A DNA stretch of 64,000 nt from Acidobacteriota bacterium (GTDB lineage Bacteria > Acidobacteriota > Vicinamibacteria > Vicinamibacterales > 2-12-FULL-66-21). The DNA is taken from the NCBI GenBank assembly GCA_046732715.1, contig JBKPNQ010000046.1:25465-89464 (forward strand), read 5' to 3'. The notes under the pieces are model-generated. The model was not told the origin of the DNA, searched no databases, and saw only the letters and a list, made by a program, of their open reading frames with translations. Of this stretch, positions 34,872 through 44,060 are shown one piece after another; the first letter of the stretch is position 1; each line of letters begins with the position of its first letter. The position numbers were made by a program, and so were the translations under genes.

Positions 34872-35724
34872 CCTCGCCCTGCTCGCCGTGGTGAGTGGGT
34901 GCACCAGTTTCTTCGAGGTACCCATCGAGACTCCCCTCTCGCCAAAGATGGATGTCTCTGCGTTCCGCCGGGTGCTGGTCGCCGGCTTCATCAGCGGCGG
35001 CACCGACGACGTCGATGCGAACCTCGAAACCGTGCGCCTGTTGCGTAGTCAGTTGCGGACAAAATCCGGTCTTCGCGTGATCGAAGCGGACGTGCTTCCG
35101 CTCGCGGAGCTCGCAGCAGACAAAGCGAAGACCGCCCCGGCGAGCGGCAGCGGCCCCTCCGAATCGACGGATACCGGCGCGAATGGCAACCTGCCGAAGG
35201 TCGCATCCGACGTGCAGACGATGGCGCCAGCCGCGCAAGCGCCCGCGCAGGCGCCTGCGGTGTCGCAGAATACGGAACCAGCGGCAGCAAAGATTCGCAA
35301 CGCGAAGGATCTCGAGAAATATCAGTCGATCTTCGCGGACGTCGCCTTCTGGAAGAAGATTGGCGAAGAGTACGAGAACCCGCTCATCGTGACGGGCACC
35401 GTGCTGTTCACGCCTCAACAGACCGCCGGCTTCGTCACCCGCAACGTGGAACAATACGACCAGCTCGGACGCCGGACGGTCGTCCCGCAGCGCCTCTACA
35501 TGGAGCGCAAGGGCTTCGCGATCACGCCGAAGTTCATCTTCATCGACGGCAGGACCGGTGCGACGCTCCATACCGAATCGCTGCACGAAGAGATCCTGTA
35601 CAGCTCGCAGCAGAACACGCCCGCCTTGTCGTCCTATTTCGAGTTGATGGACAAGGTGATCCCGGTGTTCCTCGGCACGCTCAGCACACAGAAAATCCGC
35701 GGCACCCGCGTCCTGCTTCGGTAG
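34840..35724 (+). CDS. lipoprotein, unknown function
   Basis: 294 aa. Lipobox LLAVVSGC-T. Overlaps the TPR gene by 32 nt. Confidence 0.65.
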   Translation: MTARSAATIASLALLAVVSGCTSFFEVPIETPLSPKMDVSAFRRVLVAGFISGGTDDVDANLETVRLLRSQLRTKSGLRVIEADVLPLAELAADKAKTAPASGSGPSESTDTGANGNLPKVASDVQTMAPAAQAPAQAPAVSQNTEPAAAKIRNAKDLEKYQSIFADVAFWKKIGEEYENPLIVTGTVLFTPQQTAGFVTRNVEQYDQLGRRTVVPQRLYMERKGFAITPKFIFIDGRTGATLHTESLHEEILYSSQQNTPALSSYFELMDKVIPVFLGTLSTQKIRGTRVLLR

Positions 35725-35729
35725 GAGAC

Positions 35730-35790
35730 CGAGGCCAAAGCCGCCTCGTGAGCTTGAGCCCTGAGCCTTGAGCCCCTGGGCCCTGATGTG
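35730..35790 (+). repeat. hairpin plus heptamer-phased tract (TGAGCCY type)
   Basis: CGAGGC (35730-35) / GCCTCG (35743-48), then TGAGCTT GAGCCCT GAGCCTT GAGCCCC TGGGCCC TGATGTG. Confidence 0.5.
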
Positions 35791-35804
35791 TTACCCTAAT
35801 TCCT

Positions 35805-35833
35805 TTGCGCAGAAGCACAAAGGCCAGATTATA
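35805..35833 (+). promoter_or_regulatory. sigma-70-type promoter candidate for rplU-rpmA-obg
   Basis: TTGCGC, a 17-nt spacer, then ATTATA (35828-33). The Shine-Dalgarno GGAAGGTGG follows at 35843-51. Confidence 0.35.
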
Positions 35834-35856
35834 GGGCCAAGCGGAAGGTGGAAATC

Positions 35857-36171
35857 GTGTTCGCAATCATTCAGGCCGGTGGCCGCCAGGTCAAGGTCAA
35901 TCCAGGTTCCATCGTCACGCTCGACCGCGTAAACGCCGAGGTCGGCAACGAAATCACCTTCGACCAGGTGTTGTTTCTCGAAAAGGACGGCGGCGAGATG
36001 CTGGCGGGCGCCCCGTTCGTGGCCAACGCGAAAGTCGTCGGCGTCGTAGACGGCGAGTCCCGCGGGCCGAAGATCCGCGTGTTCCGGAAGAAGCGCCGCA
36101 AGGGGTTCCGGAAGACGCGCGGACATCGGAGTACATACACGCGGGTACGGGTGACGGATATCCTGATCTGA
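35857..36171 (+). CDS. rplU: 50S ribosomal protein L21
   Basis: GTG 35857 is preferred over GTG 35848 because the Shine-Dalgarno AAGGTGG sits 5 nt upstream. VFAIIQAGGRQVKV..., KIRVFRKKRRKGFRKTRGHR. Confidence 0.95.
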   Translation: MFAIIQAGGRQVKVNPGSIVTLDRVNAEVGNEITFDQVLFLEKDGGEMLAGAPFVANAKVVGVVDGESRGPKIRVFRKKRRKGFRKTRGHRSTYTRVRVTDILI

Positions 36172-36235
36172 ATCGCTAATCGCCGAATCCTCGATCAGCG
36201 AATCGCGAGCCGCGAACGGCGAGCCGCGAGAGAGA
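36172..36235. repeat. heptamer-phased low-complexity spacer (AATCGCN / GCGAGCC / GCGAACG)
   Basis: AATCGCT AATCGCC GAATCCT CGATCAG CGAATCG CGAGCCG CGAACGG CGAGCCG CGAGAGA fills the rplU-rpmA gap. A related GCGAGCC..GCGAACGG tract lies in reverse orientation at about 5195-5270. Confidence 0.6.
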
Positions 36236-36244
36236 TAAAGCACC

Positions 36245-36505
36245 ATGGCACATAAAAAAGGTCAGGGCAGTTCGCGGAACGGCCGTGACAGCAATTCACA
36301 GCGGCTCGGCGTCAAGCGACACGACGGCAACATCGTGAGCGGCGGATCGATTCTGGTCCGGCAGCGTGGACGGCGGTTCCGGCCGGGATTGAACGTCGGA
36401 CTCGGGAAAGACGACACCTTGTTCGCGAAGATCGACGGGAAGGTCAAGTTCGAGGACCACGGCGCGCGCGGCCGCGTGATTAGCGTCATCCCGCTCGAAG
36501 GGTAA
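36245..36505 (+). CDS. rpmA: 50S ribosomal protein L27
   Basis: 86 aa. [25 protein letters not shown]. Confidence 0.97.
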   Translation: MAHKKGQGSSRNGRDSNSQRLGVKRHDGNIVSGGSILVRQRGRRFRPGLNVGLGKDDTLFAKIDGKVKFEDHGARGRVISVIPLEG

Positions 36506-36519
36506 CGATCTCCCTTGGC

Positions 36520-37590
36520 GTGTTCGTAGACGAAGTCGACATCCACGTCGCGGCCGGCCACGGCGGCCGGGGTGCCATGGCGTTCCGGCGCGAGAAGTTC
36601 GTCCCGCGCGGCGGACCGAGCGGCGGCGACGGGGGTCCTGGTGGCTCGGTCTTCCTGGTCGCCAATGCGAATCTGAACACGCTGCTCAATTACCGATTCC
36701 AGAAGTCGTTCTCTGCCGGCCGCGGCGGCCACGGCGAGGGATCGAACCGCACCGGGAAGAACGGGCACGACATCGAGCTTCAGGTACCGGCCGGCACTGC
36801 CGTGTACGAACGGACGGGAGACGATGGTTATGTGCAGATTGCGGATCTGACCGAAGACGGCCAGCGCGTGCTGATCGCGAAAGGCGGCCTCGGCGGCCAC
36901 GGCAACGCCTCGTTCGCCACCGCAACCAATCGGGCTCCCCGCAAAACGCAGCCCGGCCTGCCGGGTCAAGAAAAGGATCTGCGGCTTCACCTCAAGCTGC
37001 TTGCGGACGTCGGGCTGGTCGGCTTTCCCAATGCCGGCAAGTCGACGATGATCTCGCGAATCTCCGCTGCCCGGCCCAAGATCGCTGATTATCCCTTCAC
37101 CACGCTGGTTCCGAACCTTGGCGTCGTCGGCCTGTCAGACGATCGATCGTTTGTGGTCGCGGATATTCCCGGTCTGATTGAAGGCGCGCACGCGGGACAC
37201 GGCCTGGGACATCGCTTTCTCAGTCACCTGGAGCGCACGAAGGTGCTCGTGCACCTCGTGGATGTGTCATCGGCCAGTGGGCGCGATCCGGTGCAGGATT
37301 ACGACATCATTGCTCGCGAACTCGAGTTGTTTCCGGGGCGAGACACGTCTGGTGAACGGCTTGCCGAGAAACCGGTCGTCGCCGCAGCCAACAAGATCGA
37401 CGCGCTCGACGATCCTGACCGGCTGACGCGTCTGCAGGCTCACCTGCAGGAAAAAGGCGTCTCGCTGTTTCCCGTGTCGGCCGCAACGGGTGAGGGAATC
37501 GACGCACTTCTCGCCGCGGTGTGGGAGCGGATCGCCGGAGCGCGCGAGCGGTCGGCGTCTGCCGCGTCGATACACTCGCGACCAGAATGA
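36520..37590 (+). CDS. obg: GTPase Obg/CgtA
   Basis: 356 aa. [53 protein letters not shown]. Confidence 0.97.
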   Translation: MFVDEVDIHVAAGHGGRGAMAFRREKFVPRGGPSGGDGGPGGSVFLVANANLNTLLNYRFQKSFSAGRGGHGEGSNRTGKNGHDIELQVPAGTAVYERTGDDGYVQIADLTEDGQRVLIAKGGLGGHGNASFATATNRAPRKTQPGLPGQEKDLRLHLKLLADVGLVGFPNAGKSTMISRISAARPKIADYPFTTLVPNLGVVGLSDDRSFVVADIPGLIEGAHAGHGLGHRFLSHLERTKVLVHLVDVSSASGRDPVQDYDIIARELELFPGRDTSGERLAEKPVVAAANKIDALDDPDRLTRLQAHLQEKGVSLFPVSAATGEGIDALLAAVWERIAGARERSASAASIHSRPE

Positions 37591-38300
37591 CGCCGGGTCT
37601 CCGTGTCGGTCTGCTCGGCGGAACGCTGGATCCGATTCACATCGGCCACACTGAGACCGCGCGTGCGGCACGCGAGGCGCTGCGGCTGGACCGGGTTGAC
37701 GTCCTGCCGTCAAATGTGCCACCACACCGAGCCGGACAGCCGCTGGCGTCCGGATATCATCGATTCGCGATGACCGCGCTGGCCGTCAACGACATCGAGG
37801 GCCTGCTCGCCAGCGATCTCGAGCTGACGACGCCCGGGCGATCCTACACCTCAGACACGCTCACACACTTTCAGCAGGCGCACGGGCTCGACGTTGGGCA
37901 GATTTTCTTTATTACGGGCGCCGACGCGTTTGCAGAAATTGCAACGTGGCATCGTTATCCGGAAGTCCTCGACCTCGCGAACTTCATCGTCGTGTCGAGG
38001 CCGGGGTTTCGCGTGGAAGGGTTGCGTGAACGATTGCCGGTGCTCGCGGCGCGGATGCAAAGCGTGTCTGCGCCATGGCCAGGAGCGAGCAACCACAAGC
38101 TAGAAGCCAAGCCAGGCATTTTTTTGGTCGACGCACGCACACCGGATGTGTCGTCCACCGACATCCGGACACGCCTTGCTGAGGGGCGACCGATTCACGG
38201 GCTCGTGGCCGACGGCGTCGAGCGCCACATCGCGCAGCACGGCTTGTACTCGACCGGCATCGGATCCTTTACGGCAGATCACTTGCATGACCAAAACTGA
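37587..38300 (+). CDS. nadD: nicotinate-nucleotide adenylyltransferase
   Basis: ATG 37587 overlaps the obg stop (ATGA). [15 protein letters not shown]. Confidence 0.9.
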   Translation: MTPGLRVGLLGGTLDPIHIGHTETARAAREALRLDRVDVLPSNVPPHRAGQPLASGYHRFAMTALAVNDIEGLLASDLELTTPGRSYTSDTLTHFQQAHGLDVGQIFFITGADAFAEIATWHRYPEVLDLANFIVVSRPGFRVEGLRERLPVLAARMQSVSAPWPGASNHKLEAKPGIFLVDARTPDVSSTDIRTRLAEGRPIHGLVADGVERHIAQHGLYSTGIGSFTADHLHDQN

Positions 38301-38670
38301 AAAACGACGCGCTCCCAAAAGGCTGACAGGGGATATCGGACGGGTGGTTCGTGCCGCCCTGGACAAAAAGGCATCGGACGTCGTCTTGCTCGACCTTCGC
38401 AGCACGCCGGCGTTCACCGACTTTTTCGTGTTGTGCTCGGGACAGACCACGCGTCAGGTGAAGGCGATCGCCGACGCCGTCGAGGACACGCTGCGCGCCG
38501 CGAAAGTTCGGCCTTCCCACATCGAGGGATACGACCGCGCGGAGTGGATCCTGATGGACTACTTCACGTTCATCGTCCACGTCTTCACGCCGCAGACGCG
38601 GGCGTTCTACTCGCTCGAGCGTCTGTGGGGCGATGCAGAGAGGATAGAGATCGCAGAGGACATGCCATAG
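38287..38670 (+). CDS. rsfS: ribosome silencing factor RsfS
   Basis: 127 aa from ATG 38287. DVVLLDLRSTPAFTDFFVLCSGQTTRQVKAIAD, WILMDYFTFIVHVFTPQTRAFYSLERLW. Confidence 0.9.
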   Translation: MTKTEKRRAPKRLTGDIGRVVRAALDKKASDVVLLDLRSTPAFTDFFVLCSGQTTRQVKAIADAVEDTLRAAKVRPSHIEGYDRAEWILMDYFTFIVHVFTPQTRAFYSLERLWGDAERIEIAEDMP

Positions 38671-38721
38671 ATGCTTCCGCTCTAGGATCGTCCGCATGAC
38701 GCGGAAGCTACGGATGCAGCA

Positions 38722-39507
38722 ATGAACGACGCCAGCGTCATGGATCCTGGTGTAGCCTCCGCCTTTGGGCGGAAGAATCACGTCGCACGCCGAACCGTTG
38801 ACGCTCTGCTCTCCCTGCTTCTGGCTCCACTCTGCGCCGCGTGTGACCAACCCTTGGACGAGCCGACCCGCGGCCCGGTCTGTCAACGCTGCTGGCAAAG
38901 CATCCGCCGATTCAGTCCGCCTCTCTGCGACATCTGTGGAGACCCGCTCGGATCGTGGCGCGTCGTCACCACTGGGTCCGGTGCGTGTCCGCGGTGCAGG
39001 CAAACCCAGCATCAGGTGAGTCATAGCCGGGCGATTGGTGATTACGATGGTTCGCTGCGCGCGATCGTGCACGCGCTCAAATACGACGGCCATCGATCCG
39101 TGGCCCGCCGCCTCGGGGCGTTGCTCGCGCAGCACGGCGATGCCGTCCTGGCGGGAGCCGACCTCGTCGTGCCGGTGCCACTCCATCGATCGCGAAAGCG
39201 GATGCGCGGATTCAACCAGGCGGCAGAGATCGCCGGTCATCTTCCAGTGGCGAGCGCAGATGTCCTGAAACGCGTGCGAGCGACCGTCTCCCAAACCGAC
39301 TTACCGGCCGCCGAGCGGCACGCCAATGTCAGAAACGTGTTCGCGAAACGACGGCACGCCGACGTCAACGGCCTCGTGATTGTTCTGGTAGACGACGTCA
39401 GCACGACGGGTGCGACGCTCGAGTCGTGCGCGCGTGTCCTGCTGGACTCGGGAGCGCGGGAAGTGCGCGCCCTTACGGTCGCGCGAGTAGTGTCTCGACC
39501 GCGCTGA
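38722..39507 (+). CDS. ComF family protein (phosphoribosyltransferase domain)
   Basis: 261 aa. Zn-ribbon-like CAACDQPL...CQRCW...CDICGDPL. PRT motif VIVLVDDVSTTGATL. Confidence 0.85.
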   Translation: MNDASVMDPGVASAFGRKNHVARRTVDALLSLLLAPLCAACDQPLDEPTRGPVCQRCWQSIRRFSPPLCDICGDPLGSWRVVTTGSGACPRCRQTQHQVSHSRAIGDYDGSLRAIVHALKYDGHRSVARRLGALLAQHGDAVLAGADLVVPVPLHRSRKRMRGFNQAAEIAGHLPVASADVLKRVRATVSQTDLPAAERHANVRNVFAKRRHADVNGLVIVLVDDVSTTGATLESCARVLLDSGAREVRALTVARVVSRPR

Positions 39508-40066
39508 CGACATCGGTCGAGACCGCTTCGCGTGGACGCTCGCCGTTCACTCTCAGCCAGCCCTCAGCCGACGACTGTCGCTGATAGCTCTCGCGAACCC
39601 GCGAGAGAAGTGCGAGATCGCGCTCGTAACGATCTCGGCCGGCCGACTTCCGTTGCACGGCGGTCTCCGGCGCAATATCGAGCAGGATCGTAAGCGTCGG
39701 TCTGGGGAGATGCCGCTGCATGTCGCGGAGCCAGGACGCATCGAGCCCGTGCGCTTCGCCGTAGGCGATGCTGGACGCCTGGTATCGATCGCAGACGAGG
39801 ATGACGCCGTTTTCGAGCGCCTGCTGCATGTCGACCCGCTTCTCGTAGCGATTGGCGACGTACATCAACTGCATCACGTCCGGTCCGTAGTCACGCTCAC
39901 CGTGAAGGGCTTTCGCGATCTCCGCGCCGATCGGGGTGCCGTAGTCCGGAAAGGACAGGAGTCGGCACTGGCGGCCGCTCGCACTGACATGTGCGCTCAC
40001 CCGTTCTGCCTGAGTCTGCTTGCCGCTCTGGTCGAGACCTTCAAAGGCGATGAGGAACCCGGTCAT
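39473..40066 (-). CDS. tmk: thymidylate kinase
   Basis: ATG 40066 overlaps the lysA stop (ATGA). MTGFLIAFEGLDQSGKQTQ, VCDRYQASSIAY. Confidence 0.9.
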   Translation of the reverse strand: MTGFLIAFEGLDQSGKQTQAERVSAHVSASGRQCRLLSFPDYGTPIGAEIAKALHGERDYGPDVMQLMYVANRYEKRVDMQQALENGVILVCDRYQASSIAYGEAHGLDASWLRDMQRHLPRPTLTILLDIAPETAVQRKSAGRDRYERDLALLSRVRESYQRQSSAEGWLRVNGERPREAVSTDVVSAVETLLARP

Positions 40067-41376
40067 CAATTCTCCAGCGCGAGCAGGTCGTCGATCGTCT
40101 GGCGCCTTCGAATCACGGACCATGTCGAACCATTGACCAGCACTTCGGCAGGCATGGTGCGCCGGTTGTAGTTGGACGCCATCACCGCGCCGTACGCGCC
40201 CGTGTCGAGCACGGCAAACAGATCGCCGGGTTCCGGACGCTTGAGGGCGCGATCCTTGCCGAGCGTGTCGCTGGTCTCGCAGAGCGGACCGACGACGTCG
40301 GCAACGATGTCGGCGCCGCGAGAGCACGCAACCGGCTCGATGCGATGGAAGGCACCGTAGAGCATCGGCCGCATCAATTCGGTCATCCCCGCATCGACGA
40401 TGACAAACGCTTTGCCATCGGGACGATCTTTGACGTCAACGACTCGCGTCAGCAACACGCCGGCAGGCGCGACGATGTTGCGACCCGGCTCCAACACGAT
40501 CGCCACGCCTGATTCCCTGAGGATCGGAAGGACCGCCGCCGCATAGTCCTCGGCGGTGGGAACGCTCGATCCGTCGTACGAGACCCCAAGGCCGCCACCG
40601 ATATCGAGATGATCGATGACGATCCCATCGTCTCGGAGTTCCTTTGCGAGCGCAACAACTGTCGCGGCGGCGCGCCGCAGCGGATCCAGGTCGGTGATCT
40701 GCGATCCGACGTGGGTGTGCAGCCCGACAATCTCGATCCCCTCACGGCTCCGGAAGCGACGCGAGAGATCGCGGACGACGTCGACCGGCATGCCGAACTT
40801 GTTGGCCTTGAGACCGGTCGAGATGTGGGGATGGCTGCGCGCGTCGATGTCGGGATTCACCCGCAGCGCGACGCGGGCACGGGTGCCGCGTTCGCGCGCC
40901 AGTCGATCGATGCGATCGAGCTCCCCCTCCGATTCGGCATTGATGGTCTTGACCCCGAGGTCGATCGCCTGCGCCAGCTCACCTGGCGTCTTGCCGACAC
41001 CGGTGAAAACAATCTGCTCGGGTATGAAGCCGGCGCGCAAGGCCACGTCGATCTCGTTGCCGGAGTTGGCATCGGCGCAAGCGCCCAGGCTGCGCAGCAG
41101 CCTCGCGATCGCGAGCGTCGAGTTCGCTTTCAGGGCGTAGTGCAGCGCATGCGGATACCCGCGGAACGCGTCATCGATGGCGCGGTAGCGACCGGCGATG
41201 GTGGCGGTGCTGTAGACGTAAAGCGGCGTTCCTGCTGCCTCCGCGAGCGTGAGCAGCGAAACGTCCTCGCAGTGAAGGGTGCGATCAAGGCGATGAAATG
41301 CGTCCACGGGTTGATTAATTGTAATTGTACCGGTGCCATGGGTGCCAGGCGTGGCTCGCGGCACTCGTGGACCCAT
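40066..41376 (-). CDS. lysA: diaminopimelate decarboxylase
   Basis: TPLYVYS, HYALKANS, DIGGGLGVSY, CETSD, AGAYG. The start is uncertain (ATG 41376 or 41403). Confidence 0.92.
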   Translation of the reverse strand: MGPRVPRATPGTHGTGTITINQPVDAFHRLDRTLHCEDVSLLTLAEAAGTPLYVYSTATIAGRYRAIDDAFRGYPHALHYALKANSTLAIARLLRSLGACADANSGNEIDVALRAGFIPEQIVFTGVGKTPGELAQAIDLGVKTINAESEGELDRIDRLARERGTRARVALRVNPDIDARSHPHISTGLKANKFGMPVDVVRDLSRRFRSREGIEIVGLHTHVGSQITDLDPLRRAAATVVALAKELRDDGIVIDHLDIGGGLGVSYDGSSVPTAEDYAAAVLPILRESGVAIVLEPGRNIVAPAGVLLTRVVDVKDRPDGKAFVIVDAGMTELMRPMLYGAFHRIEPVACSRGADIVADVVGPLCETSDTLGKDRALKRPEPGDLFAVLDTGAYGAVMASNYNRRTMPAEVLVNGSTWSVIRRRQTIDDLLALEN

Positions 41377-41401
41377 TTTGATATGATTCAACTGCCGTCG
41401 C

Positions 41402-42037
41402 ATGTCTGTTGATTCCCCCGCCGCGCAACCGGCGACGCCTGACAGCCTCATTGAGCAATGCCTCAGCGGCGATCAGGTCGCCTGGGAAACCATCGTCCGC
41501 CAGAACTGGCGAAAGGTGTTCAACGTCGCCTACAAGTTCGTCGGCAAGCACGATGAGGCGGAGGATTTGACGCAGGATATCTTCCTGAAGATTTTTCGGG
41601 CGTTGAATACGTTTGACAGACGGGCGAACTTTCAGACATGGATCATCAGCATCAGCCGCAACCTGTGCATCGATCACTACCGGAGTGTGCGCAAGGAACG
41701 GCAGACGATCGCGCGCGAGGTGGATACCACCGATCTTCAGCCGGCGTCGCGCGAGCGCACACCGTACGCGCTGGCGGAGCATCAGGATCTCCGCGCCCAG
41801 CTGAAGCAGGCGCTCGAGACGCTGCCGATGACGCTGCGGACCGCAGTCGTACTGCGGGATCTGCAGGAGCTGTCGTACCAGGAGATTGCCGACCATCTCG
41901 GACTGCCGGAAGGCACGGTCAAGTCGCGCATCAATCGTGGCCGGCTCGAGCTGGCGCGTCAGCTGAAACGGCTGCAGGACAAACAACCGGTTCTGCGGCG
42001 CCGTCGCGGCGCGCCCGCGCGGCAGAAACGACATTAG
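41402..42037 (+). CDS. ECF-type sigma-70 family factor
   Basis: 211 aa. DLTQDIFLKIFRALNTFDRRANFQTWIISISRNLCIDHYR; region 4 LRDLQELSYQEIADHLGLPEGTVKSRINRGR. Confidence 0.9.
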   Translation: MSVDSPAAQPATPDSLIEQCLSGDQVAWETIVRQNWRKVFNVAYKFVGKHDEAEDLTQDIFLKIFRALNTFDRRANFQTWIISISRNLCIDHYRSVRKERQTIAREVDTTDLQPASRERTPYALAEHQDLRAQLKQALETLPMTLRTAVVLRDLQELSYQEIADHLGLPEGTVKSRINRGRLELARQLKRLQDKQPVLRRRRGAPARQKRH

Positions 42038-42068
42038 TGTTCCGGCGCAAGGACTAGCGGAGTAGCGA

Positions 42069-42410
42069 ATGAATCTCACAACCGAAAATGCAAGCGGCGT
42101 CGCCGTGGTACGGATTGGCGAGTCTCGCCTGATGTATCCGCTGCTGTCCGAGTTCTCGACCGCGGTGACGCAGCTCATCGCCGCCGGCGAGCGCAAGGTC
42201 GTCGTCGACCTGTCGTCGGTCGGCTACGTCGACAGCGCGACGATTGGCTGCCTGATGGATCTCTACCGCCAGGCCAACGCCGCCGGCGGAACGCTGAAGC
42301 TCGCCGGCGTGCAGAAACGCGTCGAGACGATGCTGACGATGACCGGCGCGCAGAATTTCATCGAGGTGCACCCCGACGAACCGAGCGCCGTCAAAAGCTT
42401 CGGAGCGTAG
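42069..42410 (+). CDS. STAS-domain protein (anti-sigma-factor antagonist family)
   Basis: 113 aa. VVVDLSSVGYVDSATIGCLMDLYRQANAAGGTLKLAGVQKRV, which includes the conserved D-S-x phospho-site context. Confidence 0.85.
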   Translation: MNLTTENASGVAVVRIGESRLMYPLLSEFSTAVTQLIAAGERKVVVDLSSVGYVDSATIGCLMDLYRQANAAGGTLKLAGVQKRVETMLTMTGAQNFIEVHPDEPSAVKSFGA

Positions 42411-42412
42411 CG

Positions 42413-42682
42413 ATGCGCACTATCAAGATGACCAACGGCACCGAGCTCGTGCTCGACGGCGATCTGCTGTCGGTAATCGAGTCGCTGTACATCGAAGTGA
42501 CGGCCAAGCGTGAGCTCGAGCGTACCTTCGAGGATATGGTTCGCGAGATCCAGCACCTGATCGGGCAGATGAACGACGCCGAGCGCCGTCAATACCTCAG
42601 TGAGAGCCTGTTTCTCAATACTGTGTCCTACGAGAACGAACGGCTCGGCGCGTACATGAGAAAGCTGAACAAAAAGAAGTAA
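42413..42682 (+). CDS. small helical hypothetical protein
   Basis: 89 aa. Tightly packed: 2 nt after the STAS stop and 16 nt before the next gene. No Cys and a Lys-rich end. Coding-like codon usage. Confidence 0.55.
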   Translation: MRTIKMTNGTELVLDGDLLSVIESLYIEVTAKRELERTFEDMVREIQHLIGQMNDAERRQYLSESLFLNTVSYENERLGAYMRKLNKKK

Positions 42683-42698
42683 GCCCGCGGGGTTTTTC

Positions 42699-44060
42699 GT
42701 GTCCCTCAACTACCTGGCAACGCGGTTCACCTGCAGCTGGCCGTGGAGCACGATGATTCTGCTCTGCGACGGCCGGATGGTCTGCGGCTGCGCCGATCCG
42801 TACGGCAAGCGCGTGCTCGGGGACACCCGGACCGCCGGCGTGTCCGATATCTGGACCGGCGAGCGCGCGTCGACGCTCCGGCAGGATCTGAATGCCGGCG
42901 GATCGCGGTTCTGCGGCGACTGCCCGTTGAAACTGCCGCTGAAGAAAGACGAACCGCCGCCGCAGCGCGACCTGAACGTGCCGGCGCTGCCCTCGCGGCT
43001 CTATATCGAGTGCACCGCCGCCTGCAATATTTCCTGCGCGCAGGCCTGCTGCGCTCCCGAGACGGGCATCACCCGCACGCGGCAGGCCGGCATGCTCGAC
43101 GTCGACCTGTTCCGACGGGTGATCGACGAAGCCGGGCCGGCGCTGGGACGCGTGGACTTTTTTAATTACGGCGAGGCCTTTCTCCACAAGCGGGCGATCG
43201 AGATGTGCGAGTACATCAAATCGCAGTTTCCGCACATCTATCTGTACACGAGCACGAATGGCCTGGCGCTGACCGAGGAGCAGGCCCGGAGGCTCGTGCA
43301 CTCGGGCATCGACGAGGTGACGTTTTCGATCGATGGCGCGAAGGCCGACAGCTACGTGAAGTACCGGCAGCGCGGCGACTTCGACAAGGCGATTCGCAAC
43401 CTGACGACCGCCGTCGCCGAGAAGCGTCGCGCCGGCCGGGACGTGCCCTTCATCAACTGGCGCTACATTCTCTTTACCCACAACGACAGCGACGAGGAAA
43501 TGACACGGGCCCGGAAGATGGCGTCGGAGATCGGGGTCGATCGACTGTGCTGGGAACTCACCGATCACCCCGAGGATCTTTTTTCCCGGCGATTCCTGCC
43601 AGGCACCGAGGCGCATGCCGCGATCAAGCATGAAGTGTGGGACGACAACAACCTGGGGAATGCGATCCCGGGGGCCACGCCCCGCGCGCGGATTCAAGTC
43701 AGCGGTCCCATTCCCGGCCTTCCGCTCATCGCGAGGGCCGGCCGCCGCGTGACGGTGCGCACCATAGTCCGCAATCTGTCGACCCGGCCTTTTCCGGCCG
43801 CGGCAAGCTACGGCCGGCGCCTGGTCCGCGTCGGCGCACAGCTCTGCGCCCGCGATGGCTCTCTCGTCAATCGCGACTACGAGCGCGCCTGGCTTCCGGA
43901 AACGCTCTCCGCCCACGCCAGCGTCAGCGTGCCGATGACGCTGACGGCTCCGTCAGAGAGGGGTCGCTACAACGTGAAGTTCGATCTGGTCAGCGAAGGA
44001 ATTGACTGGTTCGAGGCCTGCGGCTCCGAACCAACAATGAAGCCGTTGGTCGTGATTTGA
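42699..44060 (+). CDS. radical-SAM-fold enzyme with N-terminal SPASM/twitch-like Cys-rich domain and C-terminal Ig-like domain
   Basis: 453 aa. N-term C-x10-C-DG-x3-C-x-C...VSDIWTGERASTLRQDL...C-x2-C. Core LYIECTAACNISCAQACC, FFNYGEAFLH (GGE-like), YTSTNGLAL, VTFSIDGA. C-terminus ...VRNLSTRPFP...GRYNVKFDLVSEGIDWFE. Confidence 0.6.
   Translation: MSLNYLATRFTCSWPWSTMILLCDGRMVCGCADPYGKRVLGDTRTAGVSDIWTGERASTLRQDLNAGGSRFCGDCPLKLPLKKDEPPPQRDLNVPALPSRLYIECTAACNISCAQACCAPETGITRTRQAGMLDVDLFRRVIDEAGPALGRVDFFNYGEAFLHKRAIEMCEYIKSQFPHIYLYTSTNGLALTEEQARRLVHSGIDEVTFSIDGAKADSYVKYRQRGDFDKAIRNLTTAVAEKRRAGRDVPFINWRYILFTHNDSDEEMTRARKMASEIGVDRLCWELTDHPEDLFSRRFLPGTEAHAAIKHEVWDDNNLGNAIPGATPRARIQVSGPIPGLPLIARAGRRVTVRTIVRNLSTRPFPAAASYGRRLVRVGAQLCARDGSLVNRDYERAWLPETLSAHASVSVPMTLTAPSERGRYNVKFDLVSEGIDWFEACGSEPTMKPLVVI

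Noticed and set aside
42413-42682. 89-aa ORF as a RiPP precursor or PqqD-like RRE for the adjacent radical-SAM enzyme
   Set aside because: It has no Cys, no Gly-rich leader/core organisation, and no beta-beta-beta-alpha-alpha-alpha pattern typical of RRE domains. It looks like a helical, Lys-tailed protein. I keep it as a hypothetical CDS and possible regulatory partner only.
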